Source: Nitrospirota bacterium (GTDB lineage: Bacteria > Nitrospirota > UBA9217). Taken from it: DNA of 39,515 nucleotides. The notes beneath the pieces are model-generated. The model had not been told where the DNA came from. It did no database searches and saw only the letters and a program-made list of their open reading frames with translations. Both the position numbers and the translations under genes were made by a program. Below, piece by piece: positions 20,322 through 32,101 of the stretch; position 1 is the stretch's first letter; every line of letters begins with the position of its first letter. The stretch covers positions 1 to 39,515 of the forward strand of contig JAJXTW010000003.1 of NCBI GenBank assembly GCA_021783455.1, written 5' to 3'.

Positions 20322-21110
20322 TCAATAACTTTTCTTGATGATCCTGTTCTCGAGCGCCCTAATCTTGATCTGAATGGCCTCCGGATTCGGATAGACAGGC
20401 TCGATCTCTTTGTACAGCGCAAGGGCCTCGTTCAGCTTGTCGCCGAGCTCAAGGCATTCGGCAAGGGCGAAGGTGGCCTTGATCTTGAGCTCCTTGTCCC
20501 CATTCTGTTCGAGCGCCTTTCGGTAAAACTGCTCCGACGCTTCCAGCTCGCCTTTCGAGAACGCCGCCGTACCGAGCCTGAAGTACGCAAGCCTCGACTG
20601 CGACCCGTTGGGAAACTCCGCAACCTGACGCATCCAGATCGCCCGAGCTTCTTCTATTTTGCCGATGCGGAACAGACATTCGGCAAGACTGAAGAGGCTC
20701 TTTTCACGGACCTCCCGGTTCGAGTATTCAGCGGCCTTGCGATATTCCCCGATGGCTCCATTGTAGTCATTGTATCCCAGCTCGTAAATCTGGGCGATAT
20801 ACCACTGGGCATAGGGCGCCATGTCGCGGTGCGGATAGGTCTTCAGAAGCAGCCGCAGGGTCTGGAGCGCCTTCTCGGTCTCCCCGAGATAGAGAAACTG
20901 CGTTACGCCGGCCCAGTAGAGCGCATCGTCCGCCTTCGGGCTGTAGGGGTGCTCTTTGACCAGTGCAAAATACATGTTGACCGCAGCCGGGTAATCACCG
21001 GCGTTCCAGCGCTTGGTCGCGTTTTCATAATCGTTGTTCGCGGCCTGGTCAAAAACATCGCATCCCGTGAGGAGGATTCCCAGCAGGAGAAGAACAAAAA
21101 ACTTTTTCAT
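20322..21110 (-). CDS. TPR-repeat lipoprotein (BamD/YfiO/CpoB-like)
   Basis: Lipobox LTGC; repeated YP.S..ADDALY / AYFRLG TPR patterns. Confidence 0.8.
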   Translation of the reverse strand: MKKFFVLLLLGILLTGCDVFDQAANNDYENATKRWNAGDYPAAVNMYFALVKEHPYSPKADDALYWAGVTQFLYLGETEKALQTLRLLLKTYPHRDMAPYAQWYIAQIYELGYNDYNGAIGEYRKAAEYSNREVREKSLFSLAECLFRIGKIEEARAIWMRQVAEFPNGSQSRLAYFRLGTAAFSKGELEASEQFYRKALEQNGDKELKIKATFALAECLELGDKLNEALALYKEIEPVYPNPEAIQIKIRALENRIIKKSY

Positions 21111-23599
21111 GACGCACTGATGTCCTGGCCGGCAGGGGGGTCAGAGACGTTCTTGTCCGTTACAATGTCTTTCTCGTCTTCGCGTTCCACCAGCTTGGCA
21201 AAACTGACCACTTTATCCGCCCCTTCGATGTCGAACAGACGAACGCCCTGCGTATTTCTGCCCTGGACCGAGATGTCTTTGGCCCGGATGCGCAACACTT
21301 TACCGTTTGACGTGATAAGGATGATCTCGTCTTCCTCGGAGACTTGCGCCATACCGGTCACTCGGCCGTTCTTTTCCGTGATCTTGATCGTGATAATGCC
21401 CTTGCCGCCGCGGCCCTGGCTGCGGTAGTCCTCGAGGGTGCTCCGCTTGCCGTAGCCTTTCTCGGTCACGGTCAGGATCGTGGAATCGTCGCGCACGATC
21501 TCCATGCCCACGACCTCGTTGCCCTCTTCAAGCCGGATGCCGATCACGCCCTTGCCAATGCGGCCAATCTCGCGCACATCGTTCTCGGTGAAGCGGATCG
21601 ACAGGCCGTCCCGCGTGCCGAGGAACACGTCCCGCTTGCCGTCGGTGACCTCGGCCGAAATGAGTTCGTCACCCTCTTCGAGCGTGATTGCGATGATGCC
21701 CGACGGACGGGGATGGCTGTAGGACTCAAGTTCCGTCTTCTTGATAATGCCCTTCTTTGTGGCCATGAGGATGAAATGGTCAGGCGTGAACGCGCGAATC
21801 GGAAGCGCCGCGGTAACGCGCTCGTCCTGGCTGATCTGGATCAGGTTCACGATGGCCTTGCCCTTGGCCTGCCTGCTCGCTTCGGGAATTTGGTGCACCT
21901 TGAGCCAGTACACCCGGCCCTTGTTCGTAAAGAAGAGGATATAGCTGTGCGCCTTGGCGGTAAAGAGCCGCTCGACAAAATCCTCTTCCTTGGTCTCCAT
22001 GCCGATCTTGCCCTTGCCGCCGCGCTTCTGCGCCCGGTAGTTGGTGAGCACATTACGCTTGATATATCCCGCATGGGAGATCGTGATGACCATCTCCTCG
22101 TCTTTGATCAGGTCCTCGATGTCGATCTCCGAGGTTGCGGCGACGATCTCGGTCCTCCGGACATCGCCGTACTCGGCTCTGATGGCAAGAAGCTCGTCCC
22201 TGATGATCTTCATCACCAGGGCGTCGCTTGCCAGGATCTCGTTCAGGCGCGCGATTTCTTTCAGGACCTCTTCGTATTCGGAGATGATCTTGTCGCGCTC
22301 AAGACCCGTAAGCCGCTGGAGCCGCATTTCGAGGATGGCCTGGGCCTGGATCTCCGAAAGCTTGAATTCGCGCACCAATCCCGTCTTTGCTTCCTCCGGG
22401 TTCGCCGACGCCTTGATCAACGCGATGACGGCATCGAGATTATCGAGCGCGATCTTAAGGCCCAGGAGAATATGAGCGCGTTCTTCGGCCTTCTTGAGAT
22501 CGTACTTGGTTCTCCTGACCACCACTTCCCGGCGGTGTTGGATAAAGTTCGACAGGAGCTTCTTCAGGTTCAATACCCGCGGCTGGTTGTTCACGAGCGC
22601 CAGCATGATCACGCCGAAGGTGGACTGCATGGCCGTGTGTTTGTAGAGCTGGTTCAGGATCACCGTCGAGATCTCGCCTTTTTTGAGATCGATCGCGATC
22701 CGCATGCCTGCACGGTCGGACTCGTCGCGGATCTCGGAAATGCCGGTAATCTTCTTTTCCTGCACCAGTTCCGCGATCCGCTCCAGAAGCCGCGCCTTGT
22801 TCACCTGATAGGGGAGCTCGGTCACGATGATGCTCTCGCGGTCTCCCCTGCCTTCCTCAATGACCGCCCGCGCACGCATCTGGACAATACCGCGGCCCGT
22901 CATGTAGGCCTGGCGAATTCCCTCGTAGCCGTGAATAAAGCCGGCCGTGGGAAAGTCCGGTCCCTTGATGGAACCCATCAGTTCCGGGATCGTGACCTCG
23001 GGATTGTCGATCATCATGACAAGGCCGTCGACAACCTCGGAAAGATTGTGGGGCGGGATGTTCGTGGCCATACCCACGGCAATACCCGCGGAGCCGTTGA
23101 TCAGGAGGTTCGGCACCCGCGTCGGAAGCACCGAGGGCTCGACGGTGGTATCGTCGAAGTTAGGAGTAAAGTCCACTGTCTCCTTGTCGATGTCCGCAAG
23201 CAGTTCTTCCGCTAATTTTGTGAGCCGCGCCTCGGTATACCGGTAGGCCGCGGCCGGATCGCCGTCCACGGAGCCGAAGTTTCCCTGTCCGTCGACCAGC
23301 GGGTAGCGCATGTTAAAATCCTGCGCCATCCTGACCATGGTGTCGTAGACCGCGCTGTCGCCGTGCGGATGATATTTCTTCAGCACTTCACCCACCACGC
23401 CCGCGCTCTTTGAGTACTTCTTATTGTGCAGGAGGCCTTCCCGGAACATGGCGTAGAGGATGCGCCGGTGCACGGGCTTCAAGCCGTCCCGCACGTCCGG
23501 CAGCGCCCGGCCCACGATCACGCTCATGGAGTAGTCGAGGTAGGAGGTTTTCATCTCCTGCTCGATATTGATCTGCGATTTTATCTCTTGAGGTTCCAT
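21107..23599 (-). CDS. gyrA: DNA gyrase subunit A
   Basis: [30 protein letters not shown], GyrA-box QKRGGKG. Confidence 0.98.
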   Translation of the reverse strand: MEPQEIKSQINIEQEMKTSYLDYSMSVIVGRALPDVRDGLKPVHRRILYAMFREGLLHNKKYSKSAGVVGEVLKKYHPHGDSAVYDTMVRMAQDFNMRYPLVDGQGNFGSVDGDPAAAYRYTEARLTKLAEELLADIDKETVDFTPNFDDTTVEPSVLPTRVPNLLINGSAGIAVGMATNIPPHNLSEVVDGLVMMIDNPEVTIPELMGSIKGPDFPTAGFIHGYEGIRQAYMTGRGIVQMRARAVIEEGRGDRESIIVTELPYQVNKARLLERIAELVQEKKITGISEIRDESDRAGMRIAIDLKKGEISTVILNQLYKHTAMQSTFGVIMLALVNNQPRVLNLKKLLSNFIQHRREVVVRRTKYDLKKAEERAHILLGLKIALDNLDAVIALIKASANPEEAKTGLVREFKLSEIQAQAILEMRLQRLTGLERDKIISEYEEVLKEIARLNEILASDALVMKIIRDELLAIRAEYGDVRRTEIVAATSEIDIEDLIKDEEMVITISHAGYIKRNVLTNYRAQKRGGKGKIGMETKEEDFVERLFTAKAHSYILFFTNKGRVYWLKVHQIPEASRQAKGKAIVNLIQISQDERVTAALPIRAFTPDHFILMATKKGIIKKTELESYSHPRPSGIIAITLEEGDELISAEVTDGKRDVFLGTRDGLSIRFTENDVREIGRIGKGVIGIRLEEGNEVVGMEIVRDDSTILTVTEKGYGKRSTLEDYRSQGRGGKGIITIKITEKNGRVTGMAQVSEEDEIILITSNGKVLRIRAKDISVQGRNTQGVRLFDIEGADKVVSFAKLVEREDEKDIVTDKNVSDPPAGQDISAS

Positions 23600-23693
23600 A
23601 ATTATAATTTCCGTTTTTCGACCGCCGGCGCACCAGGCAAAGATATGCCCGCCTCAGTTACGGCAAACAGCAACTCGATTGCCTTTGCCCGCA

Positions 23694-26159
<2,466 letters not shown>

Positions 26160-26278
26160 TCAAATGACAATCGCACAAGCTCCACTCTTCAAATCACAAA
26201 CTCCCTACGTCATTGCGCTTGGGTCACGGGTACCCTGAAGCGTGCCGGAGATGCGGCGTCCGGGACCCGGAATGTTCC

Positions 26279-27394
26279 CTACACCCGCATGGGCATGACG
26301 ACGCACTTGTAATGCTCGTCACCCTCTTCCGTGATCAGGCAGGGACTTAAGGCGTCGTTCAGTTCCAAGGCGATCGTCTGCCGGTCCATGGCCGACAACA
26401 CGTCCATAAGGTAACGCGAATTGAAGCCGATGGCGACGCTGTCGCCTTTGTAGTCCACGGCAAGCTCTTCGCTCGCCTCGCCTACTTCCGGGTTGTTCGT
26501 GGAGAGAATGAGCCGGCCTTCCTCAAGCTGCATCTTTACCGCGTTCGTCTTTTCCTTGGACAGGATCGAGACACGCTTCACCGCATGCGTAAACACGTCT
26601 TTGGCGATGGTGACTTTTTTCGTGCTCTTCGCCGGCACTACCTGAAGGTAGTTGGGGTAATTGCCGTCGATAAGCTTCGATACCATGACCAGCCCGTCCC
26701 GTTTGAACAACGCATGGTTCTTGCTGAAGCCCAGCCGGAGCTCGCCCTTGGGAGAGTCCTCCTCAAGGATACGCCTGAGTTCCAGCATGGCCTTTTTGGG
26801 GATGATGAGGCTCTCTTCCTTGTGCTTGGCGTCAATCACCCGGTCGATCATCGAAAGCCGATGGCCATCCGTGCCGACCATGCGGATATTGAGGCCCCCC
26901 TTGACCTGGGACATGTGCACGAACAAACCGTTCAGCACATACCGGGCATCGTTCTCCCCGACGGAGTAGAGCGTTTTTTTGATCATGTCCCGAAGGATTT
27001 CGCCGTCGATTGCGATCATGCCCTCTTCGGCCACATCGGGAAGGGAGGGATATTCGTCCTTGGGCAGCCCGACGAGCTTGAACTGGGACCGGCCCGAGAT
27101 GATCTTGACCCAATTGCCGTCTTCAACCTTGATCTGCAAATCTTCCGCGGGAAGCTCCCTGACGATCTCGTACATTTTCTTGGCGGACACCGTGACGGCC
27201 CCGGGTTTTTCAACTTCTGCCGCATAGCGGCCGCGCAGCCCGATCTCGAGGTCCGTGGCGACAATCTCAATACTGCTGCCTTCGGCGATCAGAAGCATGT
27301 TCGAGAGAATGGGCATGGTGTTCTTTTTTTCCACAACGCCCTGGATCCTCTGCAGCCCCTTCAGGATTTCCTCTTTCTTGATTGTAAGTTTCAT
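26279..27394 (-). CDS. dnaN: DNA polymerase III beta clamp
   Basis: MPILSN, ATDLEIG, GTDGHRL, LIDGNYPNY, VVMPMR. Confidence 0.98.
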   Translation of the reverse strand: MKLTIKKEEILKGLQRIQGVVEKKNTMPILSNMLLIAEGSSIEIVATDLEIGLRGRYAAEVEKPGAVTVSAKKMYEIVRELPAEDLQIKVEDGNWVKIISGRSQFKLVGLPKDEYPSLPDVAEEGMIAIDGEILRDMIKKTLYSVGENDARYVLNGLFVHMSQVKGGLNIRMVGTDGHRLSMIDRVIDAKHKEESLIIPKKAMLELRRILEEDSPKGELRLGFSKNHALFKRDGLVMVSKLIDGNYPNYLQVVPAKSTKKVTIAKDVFTHAVKRVSILSKEKTNAVKMQLEEGRLILSTNNPEVGEASEELAVDYKGDSVAIGFNSRYLMDVLSAMDRQTIALELNDALSPCLITEEGDEHYKCVVMPMRV

Positions 27395-27480
27395 CGGGGA
27401 AGCCTCCTGTCACGTCGTAGAATGGTATCAGAAAACCGGCCAAATAGCAATAAGTTTTTACTTGTTTTTATCATTTAGTT

Positions 27481-28821
27481 TCAATGTTTTATCTGTCTAA
27501 TTAACATCTCGATTTTTGCTTTCAAATCCGGGTCTTTTTCTTTTTTTTCTTCGGTGACTTTGCAGGCGTGAATGACCGTGCTGTGGTCCCTGCCGCCGAA
27601 AAAATTTCCTATTTCCGGCAACGATGAATTGGCAAGAGTGCGGCAGAGATACATCGCCACTTGTCTCGGCAACACCACGGCCTTGGTGCGGCGCTTTGAC
27701 TTGAGGTCCGAGATCTTTACACCGAACGACTCAGCCACGACCTTCTGGATCAGGTCGTTCGTGATCGTTTTTTCCCTGCTGTCGAGCAGATACTTGAGCT
27801 CGTTCTTTGCCAGCTCCTGGGTGATCTCGGTATTCGTGAGCGACGAGACGGCGCCCAGCTTGACCAGTCCGCCTTCGAGCTCCCTGATGTTGCTCTTCAT
27901 CATGGAGGCCAGAAAGTGGGCCACGTCGTCGGGCAAACGTATGCTCCAGAAATCCGCTTTCTTCCGGAGGATGGCGATGCGGGTCTCCAGGTCCGGCGCC
28001 TGGATGTCCGAGATCAGCCCCGACTCGAACCGCGAGCGGAGGCGCTCTTCGATGTCGGGAATTTCTTTGGGCTGGCGATCGCTGGTGAGGACGATCTGCT
28101 TTTGCGCTTCATAGAGAGCGTTAAAGGTGTGAAAAAACTCTTCCTGCGTCCGCTCTTTTCCGGCAATGAACTGGATATCGTCGATCAGCAGCACGTCCAT
28201 GTTCCGGTATTTCTGACGAAACTCCTCCATCCGCTGGTGGCTCATGCGATTTATCAGTTCGTTCGTGAACTGCTCCGAGGACAGATAGGCAACCTTTGTT
28301 CGCGGAGATTTACCCTGGATGTGATGTCCGATCGCATTGATCAAATGGGTCTTGCCCAGTCCCACGCCGCTGTAAATGAACAACGGATTATAGGCCCGGC
28401 CCGGCGCGTCCGCCACGGCCTTTGCCGCCGCATGGGCAAACTGGTTGCTCGGCCCGACGACAAAAGTGTTGAAGGTGTATTTTTTTTCGAACAGGCCGAT
28501 TTTCTCTTCCCGACCTTCTTTTTTTTCTTCTTTTGCATGACGAGTTGTTTTTTTCGCCACCTTCGGCTGAACAAAAAACTCGATGTCCATGTCATCGCGC
28601 TTGGTAACTTCGCGGATAACCTCGGTTACCGTGCTCCAGTGATGTTCTTTAATCCAGTCCCGATGGAATTTACTCGGGACTTCTATCAAAAGCCGGTTGC
28701 CCTCAATCGAAAGGAGCTTCGACTGGCTGAACCAGGTATCGTAACCCTGCTTAGACATTCGGTTTTCTATCAGCAGGAGAATTTCTTCCCAAACTTTTTC
28801 CTGATCCATGCCATACCCCAA
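27481..28821 (-). CDS. dnaA: Chromosomal replication initiator DnaA
   Basis: YNPLFIYSGVGLGKTHL, LLIDDIQF, QEEFFHTFN, SNIRELEG, GGRDHSTVIHA. Confidence 0.98.
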   Translation of the reverse strand: MGYGMDQEKVWEEILLLIENRMSKQGYDTWFSQSKLLSIEGNRLLIEVPSKFHRDWIKEHHWSTVTEVIREVTKRDDMDIEFFVQPKVAKKTTRHAKEEKKEGREEKIGLFEKKYTFNTFVVGPSNQFAHAAAKAVADAPGRAYNPLFIYSGVGLGKTHLINAIGHHIQGKSPRTKVAYLSSEQFTNELINRMSHQRMEEFRQKYRNMDVLLIDDIQFIAGKERTQEEFFHTFNALYEAQKQIVLTSDRQPKEIPDIEERLRSRFESGLISDIQAPDLETRIAILRKKADFWSIRLPDDVAHFLASMMKSNIRELEGGLVKLGAVSSLTNTEITQELAKNELKYLLDSREKTITNDLIQKVVAESFGVKISDLKSKRRTKAVVLPRQVAMYLCRTLANSSLPEIGNFFGGRDHSTVIHACKVTEEKKEKDPDLKAKIEMLIRQIKH

Positions 28822-28849
28822 AAATACCCCGAAAAACCTGCTCGGTTAC

Positions 28850-29160
28850 AAACATGCTTATCCACACCTGTGGACAATGCAATTTATATCATTTATTCAA
28901 TTGATTATGAGTTCGTTCGGAGGCCTATTGTCTGCTTTTTGAAACCCTATTTTTGCTTGATTTCTTGTTGCCCTTATGAATCGTACTAAGCACGCATCTT
29001 GCACAACAGGGGGCCGCGGGAGGCCGCTTGATCCAGCGGGCCAAACTATACCAGAACCCGGACTTTCTGGCAAGGTATTTTTATCCACAGGCATGGTCTT
29101 GACGGGTTCCTGTGCCTTGTGTTGTCCAACAAAACAAATCCGCAATGAATCTGTTTATCA
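28850..29160. other. Probable oriC (DnaA-box cluster with AT-rich segment)
   Basis: TTATCCACA 28858-28866 next to TGTGGACAA 28869-28877, an AT-rich stretch ~28881-28910, and TTATCCACA 29081-29089. Confidence 0.75.
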
Positions 29161-29261
29161 GGTTCACGACAGCAACAGAAGCGCTTTTCGCTTGAGCAAA
29201 AATGACAGCATCGAGAAAGACCAATCATCGTGACGGCGGTTTCAAGTAATTAAAAAATTGC

Positions 29262-29290
29262 TTGACTTCGCAACTCTAGAACGGTATTAT
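29262..29290 (+). promoter_or_regulatory. Sigma70-like promoter of tusA-dsrE2
   Basis: TTGACT - 17 nt - TATTAT. Confidence 0.6.
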
Positions 29291-29356
29291 AAAACACTTG
29301 TTTCAATGATGAAGATGAACGAATATCGCTTATAACTTTTTCCGGAGGTGATAAAA

Positions 29357-29599
29357 ATGTCAGCAGATGTGAAGGCCGATCAGGTTCTCGATGCAAAGGG
29401 TTTGAGCTGTCCTCTCCCGATTTTGAAAACAAAGAAAGCGGTGGAAGCACTTTCAAAGAATCAGGTGTTAAAAGTAGAAACCACGGATCCGGGATCAAAG
29501 AATGATATGGCTTCCTGGGCAAAAAGAACGGGCAATGAGATCCTGAAAGTTGAAGAGGGATCGGGGACATTCACGTTCTTTATCAAGAAAACCGCATAA
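29357..29599 (+). CDS. tusA: TusA-family sulfur carrier
   Basis: LDAKGLSCPLPILKTKKA, TTDPGS; GGAGG RBS. Confidence 0.92.
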   Translation: MSADVKADQVLDAKGLSCPLPILKTKKAVEALSKNQVLKVETTDPGSKNDMASWAKRTGNEILKVEEGSGTFTFFIKKTA

Positions 29600-29608
29600 G
29601 GAGAAAAA

Positions 29609-30082
29609 ATGGCAAACAAGAAAATGACAATTATTGCATCGAAGGGTTCGCTGGACATGGCTTATCCTCCCTTGATCCTTGCCACCACGGCAGCAGCCAT
29701 GGATGTTGATGTTACGATATTCTTCACGTTCTTCGGTCTCGACATCATAAAAAAGGGCAATGCAGACAATCTGAAAATCTCACCCATCGGAAATCCGGCA
29801 ATGCCGATGCCGATACCCATCCCGACGTTGGTCGGGTCGCTCCCCGGCATGGAAGCCATGGCGACCTCCATGATGAAATCCATGTTCAAGAAGCACGGCG
29901 TTGCATCGATCGGAACGCTGCTCGACCTCGCCAAGGAGAGCGGTGTTAAACTCATAGCCTGCCAGATGACCATGGATGTCATGGGCGTCAAGCAGTCGGA
30001 CATCGTGGACGGGGTTGAGTTCGGCGGCGCGGCCATGTGGCTGGATGAAGCTTCTGATTCACAGATCAATCTGTTCGTGTAA
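29609..30082 (+). CDS. DsrE2-like (DsrE/DsrF/DrsH-like) sulfurtransferase
   Basis: IIASKGSLDMAYPPLILATTAAAM..FFTFFG, IACQMTMDVMG; paired with tusA as in tusA-dsrE2 clusters. Confidence 0.88.
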   Translation: MANKKMTIIASKGSLDMAYPPLILATTAAAMDVDVTIFFTFFGLDIIKKGNADNLKISPIGNPAMPMPIPIPTLVGSLPGMEAMATSMMKSMFKKHGVASIGTLLDLAKESGVKLIACQMTMDVMGVKQSDIVDGVEFGGAAMWLDEASDSQINLFV

Positions 30083-30112
30083 GCCGCAGATCAAAAATAT
30101 GATGCGTTATTG

Positions 30113-30149
30113 AAAACCGGTTCTGCAAACAGAACCGGTTTTTTGTTTT
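30113..30149. terminator. Bidirectional intrinsic terminator
   Basis: AAAACCGGTTCTG-CAAA-CAGAACCGGTTTT perfect stem between convergent operons. Confidence 0.85.
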
Positions 30150-30190
30150 CTCGGCCTTCTCCTAAAATATTTTTAATATAGGGTCGCCTC

Positions 30191-31441
30191 TCAGAACTCA
30201 TATCTCATCTGTGTATATACATTGTCATTCTTTGCAAATTGCCCGAATTGGCTCCACGGCTTGCCGCCACCGAAGACGTTGCCTCCCATTGCAAGCCAAA
30301 TGGCGTCCGTCAGATTATACTTCACCTCGGGATTCAGCATGTAATCTCCATCCGACAAACCGTAAAACGTAAAGAAGGACAGCCTCAATGTCTGGTTCAT
30401 CAGAAACTGAGTGAGCCGCATTGTCGCAAGCTGATGGAGATGTTTCTCTTGCGGGAAACCGGCGGGCAGGTTTTGAACATAGGCTGAATAATCCTGCATG
30501 TATTCGCCGTAGTACTGAAGCCCCAGCGTGAAGTCCTCCCAGAGCTGTCGTTGATACCCGATCAAATACCGCGTTTGCGAGTTGGGAATCATCGGATCAG
30601 TACCGTGCCTGTCCTGACTCGAATCGTAGTAACCGGCTTCGAGGCTCACGACGCCCTCAAAGGCCTTGCCCTGGGAACTCGCACCGTAGACATTGAGCTT
30701 GGGATAAAAAAGTGTAAGCTTTGTGGGCGTTACCGGGTTGTCGGGCATTATCGACGGCTGCCGTGAGTATCCGCGATAGTAATATAATGATGTATCGAAT
30801 CCGGCCACGTCGCGGTATATACGCATTGCCGTTTCCGCCTCATGGAGGTCTCTGTACGGACCTTGCGCTTCCCTGTTCGTAATGCCCGCCATAGGATCGA
30901 ACATCCAGAATCTTGTCGGGTCAGGGTAATTGTTCGGTTCGAAATACGGGATGGCGATAAGTTCGATTGACGCAAATTCCGGATAGAGACCGATCTTTGC
31001 GCCGTCAACGCCCTTTTTCAGATACTCCAGCGGTCTGCCTGAGAAGAACGCGGCGTAGTCTTTCGGGAATATGTCATTAATAAACAGAAGATCGCCGACA
31101 CCCCAGGTGACGATCTGCCGACCGACGCGCGCGTCCCACTTCTCCGCAGTAAAGTCGAAATACCCTTCCCGGAGTTCCGTAGACGCTTTTTTATCCAGGT
31201 TGTCATAAAAAGCATCTTCCTTCACAAGTAAGTGAAAAGGATCCGCGGCCGCGTCGAGTTTAAGTTGCGCCCGCTCCTCCGACAATTTATAGTCTTTGCC
31301 GTCGGGGTCGTCGGTAACGGTATCTCTTGCGTAGTTTCCCTGAACAAATCCATGCAGGGAAACGTCGCCTGCTGACGCTGTGGAACAGGTAATAATCACA
31401 AGCGCAAGACCAAGAACCGATTTCACAACATTCTCGTTCAT
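30191..31441 (-). CDS. Outer-membrane beta-barrel protein (DUF1302-like)
   Basis: Signal peptide, LREGYFD, RVGRQIVTWG, C-terminal YTQMRYEF beta-signal. Confidence 0.8.
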   Translation of the reverse strand: MNENVVKSVLGLALVIITCSTASAGDVSLHGFVQGNYARDTVTDDPDGKDYKLSEERAQLKLDAAADPFHLLVKEDAFYDNLDKKASTELREGYFDFTAEKWDARVGRQIVTWGVGDLLFINDIFPKDYAAFFSGRPLEYLKKGVDGAKIGLYPEFASIELIAIPYFEPNNYPDPTRFWMFDPMAGITNREAQGPYRDLHEAETAMRIYRDVAGFDTSLYYYRGYSRQPSIMPDNPVTPTKLTLFYPKLNVYGASSQGKAFEGVVSLEAGYYDSSQDRHGTDPMIPNSQTRYLIGYQRQLWEDFTLGLQYYGEYMQDYSAYVQNLPAGFPQEKHLHQLATMRLTQFLMNQTLRLSFFTFYGLSDGDYMLNPEVKYNLTDAIWLAMGGNVFGGGKPWSQFGQFAKNDNVYTQMRYEF

Positions 31442-32101
31442 TTACACTCCCTGAGATTTTATCGCGCGAATGCAGACGAAACCCGCGTTTTCAACCAACC
31501 GGTCATAAGCGATTTCATCATGAGGTTGATCGGACGGAGGCAAACAGAGCGCTGAAGAATAACGATCAATCTTTAGCCCTGAACCTGCTATCAACGATTC
31601 GGCCTCTTCGATACGGTAAAAACGGGCCTCCTGGTAGATAGGATGCCCTTGCGCTTTCTTTGTTTCATACAACTGTCCCCAAGGACTTTCTTTGTTGATC
31701 ATTCCCACGATCAACGCCCCATTCCTCTTTAAGACTCTTTTCGCTTCGGACAGCACCGCTGCCGGATCAGCAACAAAACAAAACGTAAAAAGGATAAAAA
31801 CAGCGCCGAAGGACTCATTGCCGAACGGCAACGCCTCGGCTCCTCTCTGCAAAACCCTGACTCCCCGGCTTTCAGCTATTTCAAGTTCCTTTGCAGAAGG
31901 ATCTATGCCAAGGTCAATTCCCAGCGCTTTTGCAAACCTGCCGGTGCCGACGCCGACCTCCAGAAAAGGACGTTCAATGCCTCTCATTAAAAATCGAACT
32001 GCCTCAACTTCAACCCTGAACAGTTTTTTCCCCACAGGGCTGTCGAACCACCTGTCGTAGTCTTCAGCGCGCTGATCGAAGACCGAGACCGCACCTGTCA
32101 T
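31442..32101 (-). CDS. Class I SAM-dependent methyltransferase (type 11)
   Basis: YDRWF, LEVGVGTGRF, GIDPS, AEALPF, EAKRVLK. Confidence 0.9.
   Translation of the reverse strand: MTGAVSVFDQRAEDYDRWFDSPVGKKLFRVEVEAVRFLMRGIERPFLEVGVGTGRFAKALGIDLGIDPSAKELEIAESRGVRVLQRGAEALPFGNESFGAVFILFTFCFVADPAAVLSEAKRVLKRNGALIVGMINKESPWGQLYETKKAQGHPIYQEARFYRIEEAESLIAGSGLKIDRYSSALCLPPSDQPHDEIAYDRLVENAGFVCIRAIKSQGV

Noticed and set aside
23600-23693. GGCAAA-containing gyrB-gyrA spacer as a c-di-GMP riboswitch
   Set aside because: Lacks the GAAA tetraloop/receptor and the GGACGCAAAG-type consensus.
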